This document shows positions 52,220-62,477 of a DNA stretch of 64,000 bases, one piece after another. The notes under the pieces are model-generated. The model made no database searches, was not told where the DNA came from, and was given only the letters and a program-made list of their open reading frames with translations. This DNA is from an uncultured delta proteobacterium (GTDB taxonomy: Bacteria > Desulfobacterota > WTBG01), in the NCBI GenBank assembly GCA_963793865.1, contig CAWCBP010000001.1, positions 128,001 through 192,000 on the forward strand, given 5' to 3'. Every line of letters starts with the position of its first letter. Position 1 is the first letter of the stretch. Both the position numbers and the translations under genes were made by a program.

Positions 52220-54766
52220 ATGAGCATTAAAAATCTTCTTAAAGTTTTTATCCTTACCATAAGCTGTCTCTTTATTTTAGGTAACACCCTTGAGGCGTGG
52301 CACACAGAGACGGTGGACAGTGCTGGGTCTGTAGGTTTGTCCACCTCTCTTGCTTTAGACAGCAGCGGCAATCCCCACATTAGTTATTATGATGATACCA
52401 ACGATGATCTCAAGTATGCCTGGTATGACGGCACCTGGCACATCGAGACGGTAGACAGTGCTGGACATGTAGGCTCGAACACCTCTATTGCCTTAGACAG
52501 CAGTGGAAACCCCCATATCAGCTATTATGATAATGGCTATTATGATCTCAAACACGCCTGGTATGATGGCACCTGGCACACGGAAACTGTGGATAGCATA
52601 AGCATAGGTACAGTGGGTTTATTCACTTCACTTGCTTTAGACAGCAATAATAACACCCATATCAGCTATTATGATGACAGCAATCATGATCTCAAATATG
52701 CCTGGTATGATGGCATTTGGCACATCGAAACGGTGGATAGTGCTGGATATGTAGGTGAGTACACCTCTCTTGCATTGGATAGCAGTGATCACCCTCGTAT
52801 CAGCTATTATGATGATACCAACGATGATCTCAAATATGCCTGGTATGATGGCACCTGGTATACGGAGACGGTTGGTAGTGAGGGATATGTGGGACAATAC
52901 ACCTCTCTTGCCCTAGACAGCAGTGGAAACCCCCATATCAGCTATTATGATATTAGCTATTGTGATCTCAAACACGCCTGGTATGATGGCATCTGGCACA
53001 TCGAGACGGTAGACAGTGCTGGACATGTAGGCTCGTACACCTCTATTGCCTTAGACAGCAGTGGAAACCCCCATATCAGCTATTATGATATTAGCTATTA
53101 TGATCTCAAACACGCCTGGTATGATGGCACCTGGCACATCGAGACGGTGGACAGTGGAGATGTTGGTTTATTCACCTCTCTTGCCCTAGACAGCAGTGGA
53201 AACCCTCATATCAGCTATTATGATTCCAGGAACGGAGATCTCAAATACGCACAGTTATGCCCAGGTGATATGGACTGTGATGCCGTGATTGATAGCATTG
53301 ATAATTGCCCTGCAGGTCATAATCCGGGCCAAGAAGATACCGATGGTGATGGCAGAGGAAATGTTTGTGACAACTGTCCAGGTACTGCTAACCCCGATCA
53401 AGAAGACATCGACAACGATACTGTGGGGGATGCGTGTGATAATTGCCCTAATGATGCTAACCCAGGTCAGGAAGATACAGACAGCGACGGTGTAGCAGAT
53501 GCGTGCGATAATTGTCCTCACATGGTTAATCCGGGACAAGAGGATTTGGGAGACGGTGATGGAATAGGTGATGTGTGTGACCAGTGTCCCTTGGATTCAG
53601 AAAATGACGGAGATGGGGACGGTTTTTGCGGTGATGTGGATAACTGTCCTGATATTTACAATCCAGAGCAGGAAGATAACGATAATGACGGTATAGGTAA
53701 CCGATGTGATGAGGACTATGACAATGACGGCATTCTTAACCTCAATGATAACTGTAAATTTATTGCAAATCCTGATCAGGCAGACGCTGATGGTGATTGG
53801 ATTGGTGATGTTTGTGATGATAATCTTTATCTATCAACTTTGCTATCAATCGCGGATGGCCATTATTTTGAATACGATGCATATTCGTGTTACCGTTTTG
53901 GCCCATGTGGTGGGAATAGTGGGTCGGGTATAGGTGGGGAGATTATTGTATCACAGGTCAATTGGTCCAACGATTATGAATGGTACTATGGACATGAATT
54001 TGGTATTATGGAGTTTGATCTTTCAAATATAGATGGCCTATTTTTGAGCGGTCACATTGAAGCATTTCTCTCTCTTACCGTGAAAGCTGGGTACTTATCA
54101 AATGAGCGATGTCTTTATTTTCATGGTATTCGAGATGAATATGAGAATGGATTACTTGAGGAAGCTGACACAGATGCAGAAGAGTTCATAGAAACAATAT
54201 GTGGAATCCTCCAGCCTGGGGATACCATAACCATTGATGTTACCTCGTTAGCAGAACATGATCTCTTTGACTCGGGTCAGACGGGATTTTCCGGGTTTGT
54301 TATCGATATAGACGTAGTATCTGTTTGGTACGGTGATGAGGGGATACAATTTTATGATCACACTGATCCTGTGAATGGTCCCCGGTTAACTGTTGCACCT
54401 ACCGAATCAGATAGTGATGGTATTCCTGATGCCGAAGATAATTGTCCTTCAGTCAACAATCCCAATCAGCAAGACTCTTACCCCCCGCAAGGCAACGGGA
54501 TTGGAGATGCGTGCGAGTGTGAAGGTGATTTTGCATGTGACGGCGATATTGATGGCTCTGATGCGTCAATGTTCAAATTTCATTTTGGCAGAAGTATTGC
54601 CCATTATCAATGTACCGCCTTGGACCCCTGCCGCGGCGACTTTTCATGTGACGGTGATGTAGACGGCACCGATGCTTCTCTGTTTAAGCAGGACTTTGGC
54701 AGAAACGCATTCAGCAACCCCTGTCCTGCTTGTGAAACAGGGTTACTTTGGTGCGTGTATCCATAA
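52220..54766 (+). CDS. Secreted modular protein: 7 SLALD beta-propeller repeats, thrombospondin type-3-like Ca-binding repeats, DNRLRE-like domain, Cys-rich dockerin-like C-terminal domain
   Basis: Signal peptide; seven ~46-aa repeats; DNCP...NP.QED.D.DG.GD.C repeats; shared C-terminal domain. Confidence 0.88.
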   Translation: MSIKNLLKVFILTISCLFILGNTLEAWHTETVDSAGSVGLSTSLALDSSGNPHISYYDDTNDDLKYAWYDGTWHIETVDSAGHVGSNTSIALDSSGNPHISYYDNGYYDLKHAWYDGTWHTETVDSISIGTVGLFTSLALDSNNNTHISYYDDSNHDLKYAWYDGIWHIETVDSAGYVGEYTSLALDSSDHPRISYYDDTNDDLKYAWYDGTWYTETVGSEGYVGQYTSLALDSSGNPHISYYDISYCDLKHAWYDGIWHIETVDSAGHVGSYTSIALDSSGNPHISYYDISYYDLKHAWYDGTWHIETVDSGDVGLFTSLALDSSGNPHISYYDSRNGDLKYAQLCPGDMDCDAVIDSIDNCPAGHNPGQEDTDGDGRGNVCDNCPGTANPDQEDIDNDTVGDACDNCPNDANPGQEDTDSDGVADACDNCPHMVNPGQEDLGDGDGIGDVCDQCPLDSENDGDGDGFCGDVDNCPDIYNPEQEDNDNDGIGNRCDEDYDNDGILNLNDNCKFIANPDQADADGDWIGDVCDDNLYLSTLLSIADGHYFEYDAYSCYRFGPCGGNSGSGIGGEIIVSQVNWSNDYEWYYGHEFGIMEFDLSNIDGLFLSGHIEAFLSLTVKAGYLSNERCLYFHGIRDEYENGLLEEADTDAEEFIETICGILQPGDTITIDVTSLAEHDLFDSGQTGFSGFVIDIDVVSVWYGDEGIQFYDHTDPVNGPRLTVAPTESDSDGIPDAEDNCPSVNNPNQQDSYPPQGNGIGDACECEGDFACDGDIDGSDASMFKFHFGRSIAHYQCTALDPCRGDFSCDGDVDGTDASLFKQDFGRNAFSNPCPACETGLLWCVYP

Positions 54767-54785
54767 TCAATAAATCCTGATGATC

Positions 54786-54827
54786 AAAGCCCTCCCAGCG
54801 TAAAGGCTGTGGGGGCTTTTCTCTTTT
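54786..54827 (+). terminator. Rho-independent terminator
   Basis: AAAGCCCTC..CAGC-GTAAAG-GCTG.GGGGGCTTT hairpin followed by a T-tract. Confidence 0.8.
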
Positions 54828-54865
54828 AAACCAGACTCAATATGTAGTGGTATTGAGAAAGCGGT

Positions 54866-55059
54866 AAATTATCAATACTATGCAAAGAAGGCTGATTATA
54901 GGAACACAAATGGTTTCTACTACGACATGTAACCTGTGGTATCGAGGTATTCCATACTTGCAATTACCAAGAGTAATGTTCAGAAATTTTTTACTCCAAG
55001 ATTGATGTCGTAGTAGCAAATATTTTCCCCTCCGGCAATTCCCTCAGTATGGTAGTATG
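54866..55059 (+). repeat. Copy E1 of the ~200-bp non-coding element
   Basis: Its reverse complement aligns with 60783-60980 and 62229-62430; perfect 12-bp IR CTACTACGACAT (54917) / ATGTCGTAGTAG (55005). Confidence 0.85.
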
Positions 55060-55238
55060 TTAAAGAAATGAAGCCCTAGAAATTACACAGCATACAAAAC
55101 GTATTTTATGCTATTACCCATATTGTTGGTATATAAACTGCTGGGTTAATTAAATATGTTCCGAATCCCTCTGAGTGTAAAAGAAAATTAGGTTAATGGG
55201 TTGATTTTATGACTGGTAGATAATGAACTGCAACGATC

Positions 55239-55383
55239 CTAGTATCGTGTCCCAGAAATAAATTACATAATTAGCTCGCATTCACGTGCAATGTAACACA
55301 CTTATATCATTTGAAAAATTATAACCCCAAACAAGGAATCACGGCTTTAATTTATTCAAGTTATTTGCGGGACGCGATACTAG
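55239..55383. mobile_element. 145-bp MITE-like element with 23-bp inverted ends beginning CTAG
   Basis: CTAGTATCGTGTCCCAGAAATAA ... TTATTTGCGGGACGCGATACTAG (3 mismatches); the right CTAG holds the TPR gene stop codon. Confidence 0.7.
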
Positions 55384-57557
55384 CGATCGGGCTTAATCGA
55401 TTCTAATAATTTTGAATCGACCTTAAAGCCAAGCGCTGATGCCTTATCAAAATAATCTTTTGCCAACCTATAATTTCCTTTCTTATAATAGGCAAGCCCG
55501 ATGTTATTATGCGCCTCTGGTATGGTGGGATTGATGGCCAGGGCCTTCTCATAGTGAGCAATGGCCTCATTAAACATCCCCTTCGCGTAACAGGCAAGTC
55601 CTGCATTAATATAAGCCTCCGCAATATTGGGATTGATGGCCAGGGCCTTCTCATAGTGAGCTATGGCCTCATTAAACATCCCCTTCGCATAATAGGCAAG
55701 CCCGGCGTTATTATACGCCTCCGCACTTTTAGGATTGATGGCCAGGGCCTTCTCATAATGAGCTATGGCCTCATCAAGCATACCTTGCTTATGAAAAGTC
55801 TGCCCAAGCTTATTGTACGCATTTGCTAACGCCTGCTTAAGATCACTATATATCCCGGCGAGTTCAGGATCAATAGCCCGAGCTTTTTCATATTCAGCCA
55901 TTGACTCATCAAACATTTTCTTCGCATAGTAGGCCAGGCTCAGATTGTAATGGGCCTTTGCATAATCATGTTCGATGGCCAGGGCCTGTTGATAATGAGC
56001 AATGGCTTCATCGAACATCCCTTTTTTATAGCAATCGAAGCCAAGATTATTGTAGGGATGCGCCAGGTTAGGATTGATGGCGATGGCTTTTTCATATTCA
56101 GCTATGGCCTGATCAGTCATCCCTTTAATATCATAGGCCAGTCCAAGATTAGTGTGCGCAATAGGTATTCTTCCCGGAAAACTCTTGATGACATAACTCC
56201 ACAATGTTTCTGCATTCTGCCAAATCTGCATCTGTTTAATGGTTAAATGGCAAATAAAAATAAAGATACCCCCTAAAATCAATCCCTCGACAATCATTTT
56301 ATTTCTTGCCAGAGTTCCCCGCGTCATCACCCTGGAAACCCCTATCCCTGCCAATAAAAAGATACTTATACTCGGAAGATAGGTGTAACGATCCGCTGCT
56401 GCCTGGCTGCCAACCTGAATAATTCCTGAAACGGGAAGCAGGGTTATCAGATAGAATGACCAGGCAGCGAAAAACAAAAAGTTCCGGCGCTTCAGCATCC
56501 ATAGGCAGCCTCCGGTAACTGATAAAACGATGATTCCGGGGATGATATACTGCGGATGGAAAAAATACGCATGTTCAGGAAAAGGGTAGATGGGCACTAG
56601 GCTGCTGGGCCAGACCATCTTTTTTAAATAAAACCAGGAGGAATGCAATGCATTGATGAGCCGGATACTGATGGGCAGCCTTTGGAGATCTTGAACTGCT
56701 CCCCCGGCATGTCCTGCAATTATAGTGAGGAAGCTCGAGATTAAACTTAAGGCCAGAAAGGGGATCTTTTCAAACAATGGCCGAAGATTGATACCTTTTT
56801 TATCCCCGGTGAGGGTAAATCGCTTTAAGGGATAGATATCAAGCAGAAGAAGTACCAGGGGAAATGTCACTGCCATGGGTTTAGACATCAGGGCACAAAT
56901 GAAAAGTATCAGGCAGCCGGTAAACCACTTCCATCTGTTCTTTACGTGGAAAGAGGAGATAAAGAAAAGATAGCAGAAAAGGGACAAAAGGAAGAAAAAA
57001 GCACAGAGCAAATCTTTACGTTCTGCCACCCATGCCACCGACTCCACATGCAAAGGGTGAACTCCAAACAGCAAGGATGTAACACTTGCGGATGTGACTG
57101 TCTGAACAGATGTGAAAGGGGAAAGATGCGATGATGAGGGCACCAAATTAATTCTTTCCGCTATGAGCAGGAGTTGTAGTACTAAAAGAAATACTAAGAG
57201 GGTATTCAGCCCATGCAAAACGTTGCTGGTCAGATGGTGCCCAAAGGGATTCAGGCCCCAGATGGCATAATCTACGGCGTGACTGAGCCAGGTCAGGGGG
57301 TGCCAATTACTCGCCTTGAATGTTTTGAACGCCCACGGAAGGAATTGCGGATTTAATGAGTACATATAATTGTTTTCATAAACGTACAAAACATCATCCC
57401 AAACAAAACTGTTTTTAAGAGCAGGGGTATAAACCATGAAAGTAATCAAAAAGATCATGATGCCAAACGCCCCAATTATTCCAAGAGACGATTTCCCCAA
57501 AGAATATTTGCTGTTACTGAGTTGAACTTTGGTTTGGCCGCCTGCACTTTTACCCAT
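55380..57557 (-). CDS. TMTC-like polytopic membrane protein (GT-C-type, putative protein O-mannosyltransferase) with C-terminal TPRs
   Basis: FVWDD..Y, NWHPLTWLSH..DY, HPLHVESVAWVAERKD, SKPMAVT, ADRYTYLP; multiple TPRs. Confidence 0.85.
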   Translation of the reverse strand: MGKSAGGQTKVQLSNSKYSLGKSSLGIIGAFGIMIFLITFMVYTPALKNSFVWDDVLYVYENNYMYSLNPQFLPWAFKTFKASNWHPLTWLSHAVDYAIWGLNPFGHHLTSNVLHGLNTLLVFLLVLQLLLIAERINLVPSSSHLSPFTSVQTVTSASVTSLLFGVHPLHVESVAWVAERKDLLCAFFFLLSLFCYLFFISSFHVKNRWKWFTGCLILFICALMSKPMAVTFPLVLLLLDIYPLKRFTLTGDKKGINLRPLFEKIPFLALSLISSFLTIIAGHAGGAVQDLQRLPISIRLINALHSSWFYLKKMVWPSSLVPIYPFPEHAYFFHPQYIIPGIIVLSVTGGCLWMLKRRNFLFFAAWSFYLITLLPVSGIIQVGSQAAADRYTYLPSISIFLLAGIGVSRVMTRGTLARNKMIVEGLILGGIFIFICHLTIKQMQIWQNAETLWSYVIKSFPGRIPIAHTNLGLAYDIKGMTDQAIAEYEKAIAINPNLAHPYNNLGFDCYKKGMFDEAIAHYQQALAIEHDYAKAHYNLSLAYYAKKMFDESMAEYEKARAIDPELAGIYSDLKQALANAYNKLGQTFHKQGMLDEAIAHYEKALAINPKSAEAYNNAGLAYYAKGMFNEAIAHYEKALAINPNIAEAYINAGLACYAKGMFNEAIAHYEKALAINPTIPEAHNNIGLAYYKKGNYRLAKDYFDKASALGFKVDSKLLESIKPDR

Positions 57558-57998
57558 GCAAGATAGAAGTTCCTGAAGGTGAATGTTTAGGTCTTCAAAT
57601 GGTTATGGACATCTAAGAAAAAACTAAGAGACATGGATGGTAATGTAACATTCCTTCTTTATCATTCTTCACGACATACGAAAAGAACATTCTTGTGCCT
57701 TTCTTTGACCCATGGTTCGACGTTTTATTTGTTTCCATCTCTCTCTTTATCTCGTGATCCCTTATCCAGAAAACATCGGTTCTGAATCAGATTGTTCAGG
57801 ACTTTCCAGCGATACGAACACTGGTAAACCCTGACAGCAATCAGTCCTAAACACTTAATAATAGCAGAGGTAATCTGCGATATTGGGTTGTTCAATACTT
57901 CTTGCAATATCTCCAATTCGCCTTTCTAAGAAGTTTCCTGTATACTACGAACACAAATATCAATTCCCTATAAACTCTTCAAGGAAAGGAGCATTGCC

Positions 57999-58836
57999 AT
58001 GAAAGTATCACACGCCACAAAGTATTGCCTCGATTATCATGCCCAGAATTCCAAAAAAAAACACAACGGTTAACTATCAGGTACTGCTCTCACGATTTAA
58101 TGAACAATTCAGCGAACGTGACCTGCAGTCCATAATCCCGGAAGAAATCCTCACCTTTTTAACCCGCCTGAATGGAGATACCAAGCAAACGACCAAGCGT
58201 CTGCGCTATGCCCTGCTCAATGCCTTTTTCAATCTCATCAAAAACACTGTAGATGAGGATATATCTAACCCTTGTGATACCCGGATGTTAAGGAAAATAT
58301 TCAGGTGCACCAAAGGTATGCAGTGGACCATATTCGAGAAGGAAACTATTGATGAGATAATCTTCAAAACAGCAAAGTTGCGGAATCGCCTCATTCTTGA
58401 GCTGATGGCCAGGGGTGGAATGAGAATTGGAGAGGTTCTTAACATCAAACCGAGCGATGTTGACAGCAGAAAAATCATGCTGCGTGCACCTAAGAGCGGG
58501 AGGGAATCAGAGGTGGTGTTTATTCCCCAAAAGGTAGCAGACCGGCTGAAGGATTACATCCGGGTTAACAACATTGATCCAGATCAGCGAATTTTCCCTT
58601 TGACCTATGCAGGTGGTAGAGAAGTGGTACGAAGGGCCGGGCAATTGGCAGGTGTTGCCCTAAAATCTCACGATCTCAGAAGGCATGCCGCAACCTATGC
58701 TTCTCGGTCAGGAACACCGATTGAGATTGTGAGCAAGGTAATTCTGAGACATGCCAATCTAGCTACCACCCAGCGTTACCTTGGAAAAGTAAGCGATACA
58801 GAGGCGGTGAGATGGATTGAGAATCTGTATGGTTAA
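57999..58836 (+). CDS. Tyrosine recombinase/integrase; probable true N-terminus (MKVSHATKYCLDYH) is in another frame, joined across an A9 run at 58053-58061
   Basis: GMRIGEVL (R), PKSG (K), HDLRRH (HxxR), LRHANLATTQRY (H..Y); AAGGAG RBS before ATG 57999. Confidence 0.9.
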
Positions 58837-58907
58837 AAAAATTGAAACTGGGGTAAATTAATGATAGGATTTGCCTCGGTTTCATAATTTTGATGCTGAG
58901 GAGAATA

Positions 58908-59369
58908 ATGGGTATCGGTACACGAATATTCCTAATCGATGAGAATGATTCCCTCCATCGCATTTCCATATCACGCTAATACAGACTTACCAACCCTGAT
59001 TCTGATGAGCGTTTTACCCAGTATGCGGGGAAGAGGATACGATGTGCCATGATATTTCTGGATGTGGAAAGTAGAAAACCCTTATCCATCATCCGAACAG
59101 AATATTATTATCTCCCGTTTGATAACAAGGGACGATTTGATAATAAGGAATTGGAAGAACAGCTAACCCTCTCTTCAGAAATTGTTCCACCTATTTTCGG
59201 AGAACAAAGTCCTAAAAAAATTCTCGATGCAAAAAGTCGTTTTGCCAAAAAGCGGTACAAACATAAGTTCCATTGGACACCTAATCCAGAAATAGAGACT
59301 GCTATTAGGACATCGATATTTGGCAAAATATGTTTTCGTGATTTAATAGATCTTCATAATGGCACATGA
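58908..59369 (+). pseudogene. Hypothetical protein downstream of the integrase, with an in-frame TAA at 58977-58979
   Basis: GAGGAG RBS, then MGIGTRIFLIDENDSLHRISISR*YRL..., in frame with ORF 59049-59369. Confidence 0.6.
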
Positions 59370-60488
59370 GTAGAATGTTATAGAGACGAAGCCCCTGGGG
59401 TACACATCATTCAAAACGTATCTTCTGTAGTTGCCAGAACCCATTTTTTTGCAAGAAATGTTAAAAGCTATGATATCGCAGACTGCATCTGCTATTATAA
59501 ACTTTTCAGGAGAGATTATATAATAACAGGTAACCACATGTAAAATCACGGTACAAAAAAGAGAATGCCTGAATTTCTGAACACGATTATTTAGTGTGTC
59601 AACGACATAGACAGTTCTTCCTGAAAAACTCGCTGCCACTCCATTTGGATAATCAAGATCCCCAGCTTCTGAACCATATGAACCGAACTTCGTAATAAAT
59701 CTTCCGTTGGAGGTGAACTTCTGAATGCGATTATTGCTTGAATCAGCCACATAGACATTGCCTGCCAAATCTACTGCCACATCATAAGGAGTGTCAAACA
59801 TACCATTCTCTGAGCCCAATGACCCCCAGGCAGTAATAAATTTCCCATTGGAGGTGAATTTCTGGATACGGTTGTTATATTGATCAACCACATAAACATA
59901 TCCTGCCAAACTTACCGCTACCCCGGTTGGGTCATTAAACTCACCGGCATTGCCGCCAAGAGAGCCCCAGGCAGTGATAAATTTTCCGTTTGAGGTGAAC
60001 TTCTGGATGCGGCTGTTAGAATAATCAGCCACATAGACGTTGCCTGCCACATCTATTGCCACATCGTAGGGGCCGTCAAGCTGACCATCCTCTGAGCCCG
60101 ATGACCCCCAGGAGGTAATAAAAGCACCAAAGGATGTGAACTTCTGGATGCGATCATTGCCTTCGTCAGCAACATAGACATTGCCCGCCAGGTCAACTGC
60201 TATACCGGCTGGGAAATTAAATTCTCCTGTATTTGTTCCTGTTGAACCCCATGAAGTAATAAATTTCCCATTGGAGGTGAATTTCTGATCGATTGTTATC
60301 TCCATCAGTCACATAGATATTTCCTATCAGATCGACTGCGGCTCCAAAGGGGCTATCAAACTCGCTTTGATTTGTACCAAAGATCCCCACTTGGTGATAA
60401 ACCTATACCCTGCCGCATCGGCAGAAGGACATAGCAGACTCATCCACAGTCCCAAGTTCAATAAAATAACCACATATGACTTTTTCAT
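59343..60488 (-). CDS. Secreted NHL-repeat (6-bladed beta-propeller) protein; frameshifted near the 5' end
   Basis: P.GIAVD..GNVYVAD..N.RIQKF repeats; signal-like MKKSHMWLFLLNLGLW from 60488. Confidence 0.8.
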
Positions 60489-60782
60489 GATTTTTCTCCG
60501 TCAATAAATTTATTGATTAGCATGATGCGTTGCACCTTACTTAATTCAAAATAATAAATAAGCGTGGATAAGTCAATGGGTATAATCCAGTGTTTTTATC
60601 AGTCTTTTTTTATGAGGAAAGGAGAGTATTGTTGATTGGTTTATGTTTTTAGAAGATTAATCGGAGGTTCTCATTACATAATATGGTGGTGACTCAGTTA
60701 ATCAAAGAGGACAACGCTATACCATGATATGAGTTTAGCACTTACCACTTCAATCATGTGTAAATAGGTAGGATTGTTTGTT

Positions 60783-60980
60783 TATGTTACTACCATGATG
60801 AGAAAAATGTAGGAGGGAAAAATATTTGTTATTACGACATCAATCTTGGAGTAAAAACTTTCTGAACATTACTCTTCGGGAATTGCAAGTAATATCAAAC
60901 GCCCCGATACCACAGGTTACATACTGTAACATAAATTGTTTTGCCTCTATATAAACAACCATCTGGCAGTAATATAAAAT
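60783..60980 (-). repeat. Copy E2 of the ~200-bp non-coding element
   Basis: TACTACCAT...AATATTTG.TA.TACGACATCAATCTTGGAGTAAAAACTTTCTGAACATTACT...CGATACCACAGGTTACAT. Confidence 0.85.
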
Positions 60981-61056
60981 GTGAGGAGATTGCTGGGTTG
61001 ACACAATGTAAAAAAGATGGTCAGTGGTCACAGTAATACCACGAATGATGTTGGTA

Positions 61057-61935
61057 CTAATTTTTCTCCGCAGCTAATATGTCCTGCAATTTTGTATAAA
61101 CAAAATCATAATATAGCTGATGTCCTGCTGGATTAAGATGAACCCCATCGTACTGGTATAAACCAGAGAATTGTGACACATGAGAGCCATATATTTCCTT
61201 AATGTGATTGAAAAAATCAATTATATATACACCTTGCTGGTCATGTATCCAGGGAATGAACTGTTGGTAAAAGTATTCAGCATTTGAGTTAATGGCAAAA
61301 AAGCAGCTACTTGTGTTTCTACAGGGCACTCTACCCCCGCCGAGATTTCCGTATCCAATTGGGCTATAAGAGATCCATATAACAGTCCTTCCCTGTCTGG
61401 TTAGACTCATGACAAGGCTTTTTGCCGCTTCAATCACAAGCTTCACATCTCCATGATAGAATGTATCGAGGTAATTGAGATCATTATTGAGTAAAGCTAG
61501 TATGACATATTGAGCATCTGATTGTTCAATACAGCCTCTCCTGAATGTACAGCAGCACTCTAACTCTGTCATATCGCAGGACCAGTTGCAAACCCCATTC
61601 CCGGATGAATCTACACATTCTGTTGCCCAATCATAATTTCAAACCACCATGGCATTCACATTTGGCTTAAATGGATTGCATGGTAATATGGACTTTATAT
61701 CACGGTACAGCTAAATAGTCATTCCGGCCGGGGGGTGCCATCAATATCTTAAACAGTGATTTATGATATAGGTCTCCTAGGTAATTGATTCATAACAGCA
61801 TGTTCCCGTTCTGTCACCGGCAAAAAATATTTTTGTGTTGTCGAACGCCAGAGCTTTCTGCCCGGTGATCATCAAAATAAGGGCGAGCAATAGTGCACTA
61901 TTGAAAAGAGTCCCTCCGGAGCGTTTCTTTCCCAC
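61057..61935 (-). pseudogene. Secreted SGNH/GDSL hydrolase-like gene, interrupted in its 5' half
   Basis: C-terminal DGVHLNPAGH (DxxH); NND block; AAGGAG RBS, GTG start and signal peptide, then IFFAGD. Confidence 0.6.
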
Positions 61936-62228
61936 GATGCTTCTCCTTTGATAGAGTGAATGTTTTCCAAGTGACTCCGAAATGCTAGAGATTGTATTGC
62001 ACGTCCAGTATGAGCCATTGGACTTTTTTTATGCCTGCAAATAAATGCCAGATGGCAAAGATCTTACTATTCGCAGAACCCATACTTTGTGCTAACCTTT
62101 AATGTAGAGGTCAAGCGAATTCCACCAATTATAGCTAAATTAAGAATTTTGCAAGCTATATATAACAATCATGCTGGGTAGAAAGATACATCTGCAAACA
62201 TGCATAAATTGAGGATGATGATTATGTG

Positions 62229-62430
62229 ATGTTACTACCATACTGGGTGGACCGTGGGAGATGAAAATATTTGCTACTACGACATCAATCTTGGAGTAAA
62301 AACTTTCCGAACATTACTTTGCCTGTTTGCAAGTAAAGTGGAATATCTCAAGACCGCAGGTTATAAAACGTAGTAGAAACTATTCGTGCCTTTATATAAT
62401 CAACCTTATTTGCAGTAATATTGAATTATC
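62229..62430 (-). repeat. Copy E3 of the ~200-bp non-coding element
   Basis: TACTACCAT...AATATTTGCTACTACGACATCAATCTTGGAGTAAAAACTTTCCGAACATTACT...CGTAGTAGAAAC. Confidence 0.85.
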
Positions 62431-62477
62431 AGCCAATTTCTAACGCCCCAAGATTTGGTGGTCGACAAAACCACATG

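Noticed and set aside
54837..55019. Small ORFs overlapping the E elements (also 60840-61031 and 51908-52105)
   Set aside because: Reading frames and strands are not conserved between copies, so the element is treated as non-coding
62036..62050. Sigma54 promoter TGGCATTTATTTGCA on the minus strand
   Set aside because: GG-to-GC spacing is 9 nt instead of the required 10
54866..62430. Classical integron (IntI + attC)
   Set aside because: The recombinase is short with no obvious IntI-specific insertion, the elements lack attC R''/R' boxes, and the arrays read toward the integrase
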